From a virus (Duplodnaviria > Caudoviricetes), in IMG/VR virus record IMGVR_UViG_3300025108_000047, positions 1 to 60,318 of that record: a stretch of 60,318 nt of DNA, one strand, 5' to 3'. The notes beneath the pieces were generated by a model. It was not told the origin of the DNA and did not search any database. It worked only from the letters and a program-made list of their open reading frames with translations. Shown in pieces: positions 1 to 8,887 of the stretch. The first letter of the stretch is position 1. The number at the start of each line of letters is the position of its first letter. Both the position numbers and the translations under genes were made by a program.

Positions 1-143
1 TGAAAATGGATTAATTGTTAATAGCCCAATATCTGAAAAAAGAGTTATTGATATAATGGAAAAAGTTAAGAAAGAGCAAGGTAAGGGATACAATACTACA
101 AACCAAAGACTTACTGGTATGCACGCAACAAGTAGACTTTTAT
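1..143. repeat. Terminal direct repeat (circular overlap), copy 1
   Basis: 1-143 matches 60176-60318 with 2 mismatches (25 C vs 60200 T; 133 T vs 60308 C). Confidence 0.97.
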
Positions 144-508
144 TCCAATTTAAAAAATACTTACCTACTTTAGTTGCTGAAAGATTTGGTAAAGAAAGAG
201 TTAATAGACTTGGACAATATCAAGTAGGTTCTGTAAGGGCTGTCAAGGATGTAGTTACTGATTACATGACTGGCAAAATAACTTACGAAGAGTTAAAAAA
301 CCAACCTAAGCACGTTAGAGAAGGTGTGAGAAAGTTTAGAAACGGAGTCTTTTTAAGTCTTGCTATTGCGTTAATGTCTGGATGGGATGATGATGAAGAT
401 TGGAAAGACAAGTTGAGCAGAGACACGCAACTTCTTTACGACACTGATAAATATAAGTATAGATTAGCTCCCTCTGCATACTGGAACATTAAATCTATGG
501 TAGATTAA
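2..508 (+). CDS. C-terminal end of the giant virion RNA polymerase polyprotein (continues from 49020-60318)
   Basis: Open frame from position 2; MEKVKKEQGKG at 56 equals the sequence at 60231, which is in frame with ATG 49020. Confidence 0.9.
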   Translation, partial: ENGLIVNSPISEKRVIDIMEKVKKEQGKGYNTTNQRLTGMHATSRLLFQFKKYLPTLVAERFGKERVNRLGQYQVGSVRAVKDVVTDYMTGKITYEELKNQPKHVREGVRKFRNGVFLSLAIALMSGWDDDEDWKDKLSRDTQLLYDTDKYKYRLAPSAYWNIKSMVD

Positions 509-532
509 TTTTATTAAATTTACAAAAAAAAC

Positions 533-808
533 ATGGCTAATATTAATGACCACCATAATCAATCATTTGCTAGAAAAGGCACAAAGTTTTTATCTGGAGC
601 AGAACTTTCCAGTGTAAATATAGGGACGTATGTCGCTGTACAGTTTATTACTGATTGTACTCCAGGCTACCTAACGACTCATTTTGAGCCAGGGGTAGAA
701 TACGGAACTATTAAATATCTTGCTGGAACAATAATATATATTGATGTAGCTTCTATTAGACTTAATAGTGGAGAGGTTGCAATATTATATGAAAGAATAC
801 CATGTTAG
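533..808 (+). CDS. Small beta-rich virion/fibre-associated protein
   Basis: 91-aa ORF heading the fibre cluster; function inferred from context. Confidence 0.5.
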   Translation: MANINDHHNQSFARKGTKFLSGAELSSVNIGTYVAVQFITDCTPGYLTTHFEPGVEYGTIKYLAGTIIYIDVASIRLNSGEVAILYERIPC

Positions 809-1509
809 GATTAGGACTTAGTTTAGCTAAGCCATATAGAATATCTAAGTCATTTAACGTATTAGATATAGATTCTTTGGTTATATATAATGAGTATCAG
901 ACTTGGACTTACAGCTCTGGAAGCGTAGTAAATGCTTGGCCTAATCATTCAAGTTTATCAAGTAATTATAATTTGTCACAATCAAACAAAAGTTTTTCTC
1001 CAGTAGAAGAAAGTGGAAAACTTAACTTTAACAATCAATCTATTAATGGACAGCTAAATTATGCTACACAAATAGATGTAACTGACTTTACTTTAATTAT
1101 GTCTATTAATCTTAACGAAGCAGTAAACCTTACAAACGAAGGCCTTATCGGTAGGGGTTTAAATGATTTGGTAAAATTATATAGAGGTGCTGGAAATAAA
1201 AGAATAAACTTAAGGCTTGAGGGAAACAATTATGATGAAAACAATTTAAGCATTCCATACCCAACGGGAGACTTTATTTTGACTATAACCAGAGACACAA
1301 GCGGTAATGTTTTGTTTTACTTTGACACAACAGAGGTTGGAGACTTAACTTCAGACCCACAATATGATTTAAGAATAAGTCAAATAGGTTCTGGTCAATT
1401 AAGCAGCGTTAAATATGATGGATTTATTAATGAAGTCTATTTATTTAATGAAGTTATTTCTGATGAAGAAAGAGAAAATGTAATTAACTTTGCTTTAAAT
1501 AAATTATAA
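802..1509 (+). CDS. LamG/concanavalin-A-like lectin-domain protein (putative receptor-binding)
   Basis: MLGLGLSL N-terminus and a C-terminal IG..GFINEVYLFNEVIS pattern typical of LamG-like phage domains. Confidence 0.6.
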   Translation: MLGLGLSLAKPYRISKSFNVLDIDSLVIYNEYQTWTYSSGSVVNAWPNHSSLSSNYNLSQSNKSFSPVEESGKLNFNNQSINGQLNYATQIDVTDFTLIMSINLNEAVNLTNEGLIGRGLNDLVKLYRGAGNKRINLRLEGNNYDENNLSIPYPTGDFILTITRDTSGNVLFYFDTTEVGDLTSDPQYDLRISQIGSGQLSSVKYDGFINEVYLFNEVISDEERENVINFALNKL

Positions 1510-2739
1510 ATGAAGTGGATAGGACAACATATATGGGACTTTGTTTCAAGATTTAGAAACGATGTATACTTTGAAAACTTACAAGGTAGTTCAGAAACTA
1601 CTGCACTTGTTGTTGACTCAGATGGTAAAGTTACTACCAATAGTATGAGTGGTGGTAGTGGTAATGGAGAAGCTAGCAAAGTAAGACTTCCAGTTAGATT
1701 TAAAGAAGCTGTTGTTAAAGGTGACCCAGTATATATATCAGGATATAACAGCGGTCAAGACAGAGCTGAGGTACAAAAAGCTGATTGTAATGATGCTAAT
1801 AAAATGCCATCATTTGGTTTGGCAGATGCTGATTATTCTAATAACGATAATGGTTTTGTAATATCTATAGGTAATTTAGAAGATGTAGATACTCAAGCCT
1901 ATTCTGTAGGAGACACTCTTTATGTAGCTTCTGGTGGTGGGCTTACAAATATCAAGCCAGCAACTGAATTAAATTTAATACAGAATGTTGGTGTAGTTAC
2001 AAGGTCTCAACAAAACAGTGGTATGATTGAGGTAGTTGCTACAGGTCGTAGTAATGATGTTCCTAACCTAGATGAAAATGCTATATTTCTTGGAGACTCT
2101 AACCATAAGTCTGTTCAGACTGACGCACCTATGATTGGACTTGTGACTGCTGCTGATTCTGCTGCTGCAAGAACTGTATTAAATGTAGACGTGTCTGGTA
2201 CTGACAACTCAACAAATGTAACGTTGGCTGGTACGCCTGATTATATTACAATATCAGGACAGGAGATAACTAGAAATCAAATAGACTTAACAGCAGACGT
2301 CACGGGAGTTTTGCCGTCTAATCAGGTTAAGCAAATAAGTATGAGTCATCATCACTTTTTTATGAACAGTGCAAGTACTACAGCTGACTTCTTTTTTCCA
2401 TATAATAACTTAAACGAAGCTAGCAGCACAAGCCAATACTATACAAGAACAATAGCTCCTTATGCTGGGAAGATTGTAAAAGTAATTATAAGACCTAGTG
2501 CAGCTATTGGAACAGCTTGCAAACTACAGTTCCATAAAATAACAGACACAACATTAAACTTTGGAACAGCAGCAGAAGAAGTTACAAATGTAAATTTAAA
2601 CACGGCACAGACATCAGTGTCTACGGCATTTAGCTCTGCAACATTTGCAGCAGGAGATGTAGTAAATGTTTCTTTAATTAAATCAGCATCAGGAACAGCT
2701 AACATCCAAGCAGTTATTGTTTGGGAATACACAATATAA
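1510..2739 (+). CDS. Tail fibre-like protein
   Basis: 409 aa, Gly/Ser/Thr-rich, with KGDPVYISG and VGDTLYV motifs common in phage fibre/cement domains and a C-terminal beta-sandwich. Confidence 0.6.
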   Translation: MKWIGQHIWDFVSRFRNDVYFENLQGSSETTALVVDSDGKVTTNSMSGGSGNGEASKVRLPVRFKEAVVKGDPVYISGYNSGQDRAEVQKADCNDANKMPSFGLADADYSNNDNGFVISIGNLEDVDTQAYSVGDTLYVASGGGLTNIKPATELNLIQNVGVVTRSQQNSGMIEVVATGRSNDVPNLDENAIFLGDSNHKSVQTDAPMIGLVTAADSAAARTVLNVDVSGTDNSTNVTLAGTPDYITISGQEITRNQIDLTADVTGVLPSNQVKQISMSHHHFFMNSASTTADFFFPYNNLNEASSTSQYYTRTIAPYAGKIVKVIIRPSAAIGTACKLQFHKITDTTLNFGTAAEEVTNVNLNTAQTSVSTAFSSATFAAGDVVNVSLIKSASGTANIQAVIVWEYTI

Positions 2740-2740
2740 T

Positions 2741-3463
2741 ATGGCACTAGCAGACAGGAAATCACAAGATATATTTAATAAAAGAACTGGAGGGGATAGA
2801 GACTCTAAAAGTATAGACACGTCTAAAGAAACTGAAATAAAAAGTAAGTTTGATAATGGTGAGCATATACTAGACCAGGGTATGTTTGAAAACTTAGCTC
2901 CAGCCCTATACGCAGTACAACAAGTTGCAGAAGACATAGAGGAATTAAGAAGATTTGTTTCTTCTGAAATAACAAGCATAACAACTAGTCAGTCTAACGC
3001 CATAACAGCTAACACAGCTAAAAGAGACGCTCAACATATATTTATACCAGTTATTTGTAACTTTTATGGAGACATTAACACAGAGTCTTATGTTCCTTTT
3101 TCTGACGGAGAAACAGAAAGCACCTCAAGCTCAAACAGAAGAAATCAATTTATAGCTCCATTTGACGGCCAGTTTTACAAGGCTGTATTTAGAAGTAATC
3201 AAAGTCTGTTAGAAAGAGGTGCTGGAGTTACCCTTACTGTAAAGTCTAAAAGAGCTACAAATAGAAGTTCAAGAGTAGATGATTTAGAAACAGAAACAGT
3301 AACAACTACAGCAGGAGAAAACTTCATGGAAGTAACATTTTCTTCTAAGTCTTCATTTAGCAAGGGAGACAGGCTTTTAATGTCTATGGACTTGCCTGGA
3401 AATCCAAGAGGAAATAAAAACTGGTTTGTAACTGTTATATTTAAAATAGACCAAACTACATAA
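2741..3463 (+). CDS. Fibre-associated structural protein
   Basis: ATG 2741 follows the upstream stop; short coiled coil (AITANTAK), then a beta domain similar in style to the C-terminus of the previous gene. Confidence 0.5.
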   Translation: MALADRKSQDIFNKRTGGDRDSKSIDTSKETEIKSKFDNGEHILDQGMFENLAPALYAVQQVAEDIEELRRFVSSEITSITTSQSNAITANTAKRDAQHIFIPVICNFYGDINTESYVPFSDGETESTSSSNRRNQFIAPFDGQFYKAVFRSNQSLLERGAGVTLTVKSKRATNRSSRVDDLETETVTTTAGENFMEVTFSSKSSFSKGDRLLMSMDLPGNPRGNKNWFVTVIFKIDQTT

Positions 3464-3472
3464 TAACTTTAT

Positions 3473-3480
3473 TATCTTTG
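3473..3480 (+). promoter_or_regulatory. Bacteroidetes -7 promoter element TATCTTTG
   Basis: Matches TAnnTTTG; intergenic, 4 nt before ATG 3485. Confidence 0.7.
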
Positions 3481-3484
3481 CAAT

Positions 3485-3754
3485 ATGTATAAGACATACG
3501 TTATAAAAAATCTTCAAACTACAGACACTACTTTAAGAGATGGTGAAGAGTTGCTTTCTGTTTACGTATCAAACACGTCTACAGCAGACCAAGCATTTAA
3601 TTTAAAAGTAGATGAAGTTTACGTTTACGAAGGTATTGTTATACCTCCTAGCGTAACTTTAGTTTTAGACAACCCAATTATTTTTGACACTAATAGAATT
3701 ACAGTTTCAGCAGGAGCAGCAGATAAACTTGACATAACATATACGGTGAAATAA
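3485..3754 (+). CDS. Small beta-rich hypothetical protein
   Basis: 89-aa ORF, translationally coupled to 3754 (TAATG). Confidence 0.6.
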   Translation: MYKTYVIKNLQTTDTTLRDGEELLSVYVSNTSTADQAFNLKVDEVYVYEGIVIPPSVTLVLDNPIIFDTNRITVSAGAADKLDITYTVK

Positions 3755-4791
3755 TGAAAACAAAAATTTATTTATTTTTAATTTTAGCGTTTTTCACATA
3801 TACATCAGACGCTCAATTTAAAAAACCATTTAAGTTTTCTACATTTTATATTGCAGCCAACGGCGGAACTTCTTTAGCTGACGAAAACATTTACTCAGTA
3901 AATAACAGCTTTCTTTCTACAGACACAATAACAATACCTTTTGACTACTCTTTAACTATGGGTATTCGTAAAATTAAAAGATTTGGCTACGAATCCGTTA
4001 GCAAGTTTAAAGACGGTACTGAGTCTGCATACGGAGACGCTGCTACTATTGGCTTATCTCCTTTTGAATATTTATTTGAAGTAGATTATAGAAGACAAGA
4101 GGGAATAGAATATTTAGACCAACATCATTTTCTTAGATACGTAAAGCCTTTGTGGATGACTAAAGTGTCATACATTAAAGAGGGTTTTGCAGACATTGAA
4201 TATTACGAGGCTACACAAAGATTTAGAATTAATGGCAAAAAGAAATTATCTTTTAATATAGGAGGAGTGCAAAGACTTGCAGAGCCTTATGGATATGACC
4301 CATTAGAAGAATGGTTAATAGCTTCAGGACAGCTACACTATACTTGTTTAGCGATTGAAGAAGGTTACAGCGTAGATGTATACGAATCTGAATATAGAGA
4401 CCCAAATGGTAATTTAGTAGCGCAGAACGCAACTATATGGAATGAGGTTGTTATACCTGAAATGCTGAATGATTACGTAGAAAAGAAAAAGAATGAGTTA
4501 GACAATCAATGGCAATACTCTTTGGTAGTAGGATTTGACTTTTATCATTATAAGAAAAACTTCTGGTTACACTCTTGGGGTAACTTAATGCCTTATCATT
4601 ATAATGGTGGAGGTGAATATTCATATCACAACTTTAATGACGGAGAACAATGGTATGACTACTCAGGAGGATTAATCTTTGGATACAACCTAAACAGAAA
4701 TGTTGGTTGCTTTATAGAAGGTAAGTACAACAAGTATTGGAACAGAGAATGGTACGACTTTAAATTTGGTATTAATTATAGAATATTTTAA
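3754..4791 (+). CDS. Putative outer-membrane beta-barrel protein
   Basis: Sec-type signal peptide (MKTKIYLFLILAFFTYTSDA/Q), aromatic-rich alternating strands and a C-terminal beta-signal-like FGINYRIF. Confidence 0.65.
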   Translation: MKTKIYLFLILAFFTYTSDAQFKKPFKFSTFYIAANGGTSLADENIYSVNNSFLSTDTITIPFDYSLTMGIRKIKRFGYESVSKFKDGTESAYGDAATIGLSPFEYLFEVDYRRQEGIEYLDQHHFLRYVKPLWMTKVSYIKEGFADIEYYEATQRFRINGKKKLSFNIGGVQRLAEPYGYDPLEEWLIASGQLHYTCLAIEEGYSVDVYESEYRDPNGNLVAQNATIWNEVVIPEMLNDYVEKKKNELDNQWQYSLVVGFDFYHYKKNFWLHSWGNLMPYHYNGGGEYSYHNFNDGEQWYDYSGGLIFGYNLNRNVGCFIEGKYNKYWNREWYDFKFGINYRIF

Positions 4792-4792
4792 A

Positions 4793-5068
4793 ATGGCAAA
4801 AGAACTTAACGAAGAAACAGGGTTCAACATAAGTGTAAAAACATTAATAGGTATAGGCTTTGCAATGGCAACCTTAATAGGTATGTGGTTTACATTACAA
4901 GCAGACATAGCAGAAGCTAAAGAACTTCCTAAACCAGAAATTTCTAAGATGGAGTTTAATATGAAAGATGTTAATATACGTCAGTCTATTAAAAATACAG
5001 AGAAAAATGTGGAAAAGTTAGAAGAGCGTATGATTAGAATGGAAGACAAAATTGATGCACTAAGATAA
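4793..5068 (+). CDS. Single-TM coiled-coil membrane protein
   Basis: TM segment LIGIGFAMATLIGMWF followed by a heptad-like C-terminus; ATG 4793 preferred over the TTG start at 4766. Confidence 0.6.
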   Translation: MAKELNEETGFNISVKTLIGIGFAMATLIGMWFTLQADIAEAKELPKPEISKMEFNMKDVNIRQSIKNTEKNVEKLEERMIRMEDKIDALR

Positions 5069-5421
5069 TGAAAAAGATAGCAGAATGGAAGATGTTTGGA
5101 ATGTACTTGTTAGTATTATTTTTATTGGTAGCCTCACATACTGCTTTCTCTCAGGTAAAAGTGATACACTTTAATGCTGATTTTAATTCAGCTAATGATG
5201 TTATTTGGTTTTCAAAATTAAAAGAATGTGATAGACAAACACTTTTGATAGAGCAAAACGATAATCAAGCTAAATACGAAATAGCTATTGTACCAACAAT
5301 AGTAGTGTTTGATGATGGTGAAGAAGTAAAAAGATTTCAAGCAGACATAAGCTTTAAAATGGCTGCTACAAGAAAAGAAGTACAAGAATATATTGATGAA
5401 TTAATAATAAGCAAATTCTAA
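5068..5421 (+). CDS. Exported thioredoxin-fold protein lacking CxxC
   Basis: Signal peptide and YEIAIVPTIVVFDDGEEVKRF (Trx cis-Pro region); FNADFN replaces WCxxC. Confidence 0.65.
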   Translation: MKKIAEWKMFGMYLLVLFLLVASHTAFSQVKVIHFNADFNSANDVIWFSKLKECDRQTLLIEQNDNQAKYEIAIVPTIVVFDDGEEVKRFQADISFKMAATRKEVQEYIDELIISKF

Positions 5422-7250
5422 TGAACAGATTTACTAAATTTTTATATGCGTTTATTATGGTTGTAGTGTTTACACTTTCAACTGCTTTTTCACAATGTCC
5501 TAACGGAACTTACTTAAATGTAGTTATTAATCCCGACCAATACCCACAAGAAACATCTTGGGTTATCACCAATGCTTACGGAGACACTATAGTCACAGGA
5601 GGGCCTTATACTGATATAATAGATTATTCACCTCAAGTAACACAGCTTTGTGTTCCTAATGGTGACTACTACTTTGACATATACGACACCTATGGAGATG
5701 GAATACAAGGAAGTTTATGGGGAGGACAAGATGGTTCATACTACTTAATAAGATGTAATGATACTATAGTTGAAATGGATTCAGCTAACTTTGGCACGTA
5801 TACATACCATGAATTTACAGTAGAAGACTGCCCTCCTCCGCCACCTATATATGGTTGTATGAATAACAACTTTGTAGAGTTTTTACCAACAGCAACAGTA
5901 GACACAGGGATGTGTTTTACTGATAAAGTTTTCGGCTGCACAGAAGAAGACGCTTTTAATTACGATAGTCTAGCTAACACAAATATATTGGTAGACAGCT
6001 GTTTACACACCTTAGAGCTTACAGACTTAGCTGGTAATGGCTGGGCTGGAGCTTTTCTACAGGTATTTCAAGGTGACAACTTTTTAGGTATATTTACTTT
6101 AGAAGAAGGCTTTGACACTACTTTTACTTTTGAATTAAGTATATCAGAGCCTGTAGAGATAAAATTTAACACTACACAACAATCACAATTTACATCAGTA
6201 CAATGTGGTTATAGCTTATATTCAGAAGAACACTTAACAATAAGCGAACCAGGAGGTTTTGCAAATCCTTTAATTCCTTTTGCAATAAATACAGGTATGC
6301 CTTATTGTGGCAATAGTTGTGTAGAAAAAACATTTGGCTGTACAGATGATACAGCTTTAAATTATAACGAGAGTGTTAATACAGATGACGAAAGTTGCTA
6401 CTACGTTGCTGGGTGTACTAATCCAATATACTTAGAATATAGCGAAGAAGCTGACTTTGATAACGGAAGCTGTGAAACTCTTGTTGTTCTAGGCTGTATG
6501 GATGAAGCAGCCTTGAATTATAACCCTGAAGCAAACACACAACTAGAAGGTTCATGTGTTGATGTAGTTTTAGGATGTATGAATGAATTGGCGTTTAATT
6601 ATAACCCAAATGCTAACGTAGATGACGAAAGCTGTATACCTTTGTTGTATGGCTGCATAGACCCTGCGGCATTTAACTATTGCGATACTTGTAATACAGA
6701 CAACGAAAGCTGTATAGAATATTATTATGGATGTACAGACAGCACAGCAATTAATTATGACGATAACGCAAACTCTGATAATGGGTCTTGTGTTTATCCT
6801 TTGTCTGGCTGCACAGATGCGACTGCTATTAATTATAATGTCGAAGCTAACATATCAGACAGTAGTTGCTATTACTCTGCTGGTTGTAGCGTTGGTGATG
6901 TATACTACATTCCTAATGCGTGTTTTAGCTGGGTTATCCAAGTAGACCCGTATTGTTGCAACTCAACATGGGACGATGGTTGTGATGGGCTTTACGAATA
7001 TTGCGTAGACGGATGGACAGGGCCAGTAAGCGTTGAGACTTTTGACAGACTTGGAATAAACCCTTACCCAAATCCAACTAAAAATACTATTAATTTTAAT
7101 AACTTTGTAGACGTTGAGGTATATGATACAAAAGGAATTTTGGTAAACAGACACAAAAACATTAATGTTTTAAACTTGCCAAAAGGTATGTATCACTTAT
7201 TAATAACATTTGATGAATTAATTTTCAACAAAACAATAGTTAAATTATAA
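5421..7250 (+). CDS. Cys-rich GCTD-repeat secreted protein with T9SS-type C-terminal domain
   Basis: Signal peptide, nine GC(T/M/I)x..NY..A..DxxSC repeats, a DPYCCxxxWDxxC module and a C-terminal YPNP...LPKGMY..KTIVKL. Confidence 0.8.
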   Translation: MNRFTKFLYAFIMVVVFTLSTAFSQCPNGTYLNVVINPDQYPQETSWVITNAYGDTIVTGGPYTDIIDYSPQVTQLCVPNGDYYFDIYDTYGDGIQGSLWGGQDGSYYLIRCNDTIVEMDSANFGTYTYHEFTVEDCPPPPPIYGCMNNNFVEFLPTATVDTGMCFTDKVFGCTEEDAFNYDSLANTNILVDSCLHTLELTDLAGNGWAGAFLQVFQGDNFLGIFTLEEGFDTTFTFELSISEPVEIKFNTTQQSQFTSVQCGYSLYSEEHLTISEPGGFANPLIPFAINTGMPYCGNSCVEKTFGCTDDTALNYNESVNTDDESCYYVAGCTNPIYLEYSEEADFDNGSCETLVVLGCMDEAALNYNPEANTQLEGSCVDVVLGCMNELAFNYNPNANVDDESCIPLLYGCIDPAAFNYCDTCNTDNESCIEYYYGCTDSTAINYDDNANSDNGSCVYPLSGCTDATAINYNVEANISDSSCYYSAGCSVGDVYYIPNACFSWVIQVDPYCCNSTWDDGCDGLYEYCVDGWTGPVSVETFDRLGINPYPNPTKNTINFNNFVDVEVYDTKGILVNRHKNINVLNLPKGMYHLLITFDELIFNKTIVKL

Positions 7251-7555
7251 TGGCTGAAAAAAGAAAAAAGTCTAAAGCAATTAGAAAAACCACTAAAGGC
7301 AAAGGAGCTAATTATAGGTCTACAAAGTCTGGAGCTGGTATGACTCGTAAAGGAGTTAAAGCGTATAGAAAAGCAAACCCTGGTAGTAAATTAAAAACTG
7401 CCGTAACGGGAAAAGTTAAAGCTGGGAGTAAGTCTGCAAAAAGAAGAAAGTCTTATTGCGCAAGAAGTTTAGGACAACTAAAAAAGAGTAGTGCTAAGAC
7501 TAGGAATAATCCTAAATCAAGAATAAGAGCCGCTCGTAGGCGGTGGAAATGTTAA
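7250..7555 (+). CDS. Highly basic small protein (RRKSYCAR motif)
   Basis: 101 aa, K/R-rich. Confidence 0.75.
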   Translation: MAEKRKKSKAIRKTTKGKGANYRSTKSGAGMTRKGVKAYRKANPGSKLKTAVTGKVKAGSKSAKRRKSYCARSLGQLKKSSAKTRNNPKSRIRAARRRWKC

Positions 7556-7561
7556 TTATTA

Positions 7562-7684
7562 ATGAAAAAATGTAAGTGTATGTACGGAAGTAAAAGTTAT
7601 GGCAAAAGTAAAATGAAAGCTGCAATGCCTAAAAAGAAAAAAACTACAGCTAAAAAAAAGAAGGTTGTTAAAAAGAAAAAGTAA
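7562..7684 (+). CDS. 40-aa poly-lysine mini-protein (not in ORF track)
   Basis: Hand translation MKKCKCMYGSKSYGKSKMKAAMPKKKKTTAKKKKVVKKKK*; fills the intergenic gap. Confidence 0.6.
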   Translation: MKKCKCMYGSKSYGKSKMKAAMPKKKKTTAKKKKVVKKKK

Positions 7685-7709
7685 ATATTATTACGATTAT
7701 ACTAGAAAT

Positions 7710-7916
7710 ATGAGTGACTACAAACAACAAACTAGTTGTGATTGCGATAGAAACTTGGTTGCCTGCGTTTGCATTATGTCTGAAGCTGTCCAAAAAGAAT
7801 TAAAGAAAAAAGAAGACGAAGCTTTTTTTGATGCTTGGACTGAAAGCTTAGAAAAGATGGAGCAGCCTAAGGCTTGTAATATAGATAATCCTGACTGCGA
7901 AAACTGCGGTAGTTAA
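7710..7916 (+). CDS. Small Cys-rich protein ending in an RNR-tail-like CxxCGS
   Basis: MSDYKQQ...KACNIDNPDCENCGS*; ATG 7710 preferred. Confidence 0.65.
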   Translation: MSDYKQQTSCDCDRNLVACVCIMSEAVQKELKKKEDEAFFDAWTESLEKMEQPKACNIDNPDCENCGS

Positions 7917-7926
7917 ATAAATAATT

Positions 7927-8037
7927 ATGAACCCAACAAATAACAATCCTTTATACAAAAACAGTGTAAAGAAAAAGAAAAAAACAACTGCTTCAAAGAA
8001 AAAAAAGAAAGTAGTTAAAAAGAAAAAAAAGTGTTAA
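7927..8037 (+). CDS. 36-aa poly-lysine mini-protein (not in ORF track)
   Basis: Hand translation MNPTNNNPLYKNSVKKKKKTTASKKKKKVVKKKKKC*; stop lies 1 nt before ATG 8039. Confidence 0.6.
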   Translation: MNPTNNNPLYKNSVKKKKKTTASKKKKKVVKKKKKC

Positions 8038-8038
8038 T

Positions 8039-8449
8039 ATGCTAAATAATATATTAGGAGGAATACTTGGTAAGGTAGTAGACAACGCTGAGGGTATACT
8101 CGACAAAGTAATTACTACTGACAAAGAAAGAGACGAAGCTAAACTACAGCTACGTAAAGTTTTGTTAGACGCAGAGAAGGAAGCTTTTAACAAAGAGGTG
8201 GAAGACAGAAAGGACGCTAGAAGCTTGTACAAAGATGATGCGATTATACAGAAAGTATTAGCAACATTGTTTACCGTAGCTTACTTTGGCATAAGCTTTG
8301 TTATGTTTCAGCACTTTGTTAATGGCAGCATTGATATGGGAGAGTTTGAGATAAGCTTTATATCTACTATATTTGGAGCTATGTCTGCAAAGGTTAATAC
8401 AATAATAGACTTCTTCTTTGGAGGAAGTTCTAATAAAGATAAAAAGTAA
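8039..8449 (+). CDS. Holin-like protein (3TM/GTA-holin style)
   Basis: DKVITTDKER..AKL motif, two TM helices and a DFFFGGSS C-terminus; near the endolysin. Confidence 0.65.
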   Translation: MLNNILGGILGKVVDNAEGILDKVITTDKERDEAKLQLRKVLLDAEKEAFNKEVEDRKDARSLYKDDAIIQKVLATLFTVAYFGISFVMFQHFVNGSIDMGEFEISFISTIFGAMSAKVNTIIDFFFGGSSNKDKK

Positions 8450-8450
8450 T

Positions 8451-8645
8451 ATGCCAGCTAAAAAGAAAAAATCAACAGTTAACGCTAGTGGTAACTATAC
8501 TAAACCTACAATGCGTAAAAGACTTTTTAATTCTATAAAAGCAGGAAGCAAAGGAGGTAAGCCTGGACAGTGGTCTGCACGTAAAGCTCAGATGCTTGCT
8601 AAAAAATACAAAGCTGCTGGTGGTGGATACAGAAGTAAAAAATAA
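8451..8645 (+). CDS. Basic small protein (DUF5872-like)
   Basis: GNYTKP.MRKRLF..IKAGSKGGKPGQWSARKAQ motif. Confidence 0.7.
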   Translation: MPAKKKKSTVNASGNYTKPTMRKRLFNSIKAGSKGGKPGQWSARKAQMLAKKYKAAGGGYRSKK

Positions 8646-8887
8646 TGGCGCTAACTAAAAGACAAAAAAGTTTAAAGAAATGGACTAAACAAAAGTGGAG
8701 AACTGCTTCTGGTAAAAAGTCTAGTAAAACTGGTGAAGTCTATGCTCCATCAAAAACTATTGCACAGCTTAAAAAAACAAAAGCTGGTAAAAAAAAGTTA
8801 GCAGCAGCTAATGCTAAAAAAAGAGCTGCAACAAAAAAAGGTAAGCAGCACGCTAAACACGGATTGCATAAAGGCAAAAAAAGATAA
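8645..8887 (+). CDS. Basic small protein
   Basis: QKSLKKWTKQKWRT motif; K-rich, 80 aa, TAATG-coupled. Confidence 0.7.
   Translation: MALTKRQKSLKKWTKQKWRTASGKKSSKTGEVYAPSKTIAQLKKTKAGKKKLAAANAKKRAATKKGKQHAKHGLHKGKKR

Noticed and set aside
56-508. 150-aa ORF as an independent gene
   Set aside because: It is the in-frame tail of the ORF starting at 49020, via the terminal overlap.
5850-6880. Repeats as a CRISPR array or DGR template
   Set aside because: The repeats are degenerate at DNA level and conserved only as protein motifs; no cas or reverse transcriptase gene is visible.
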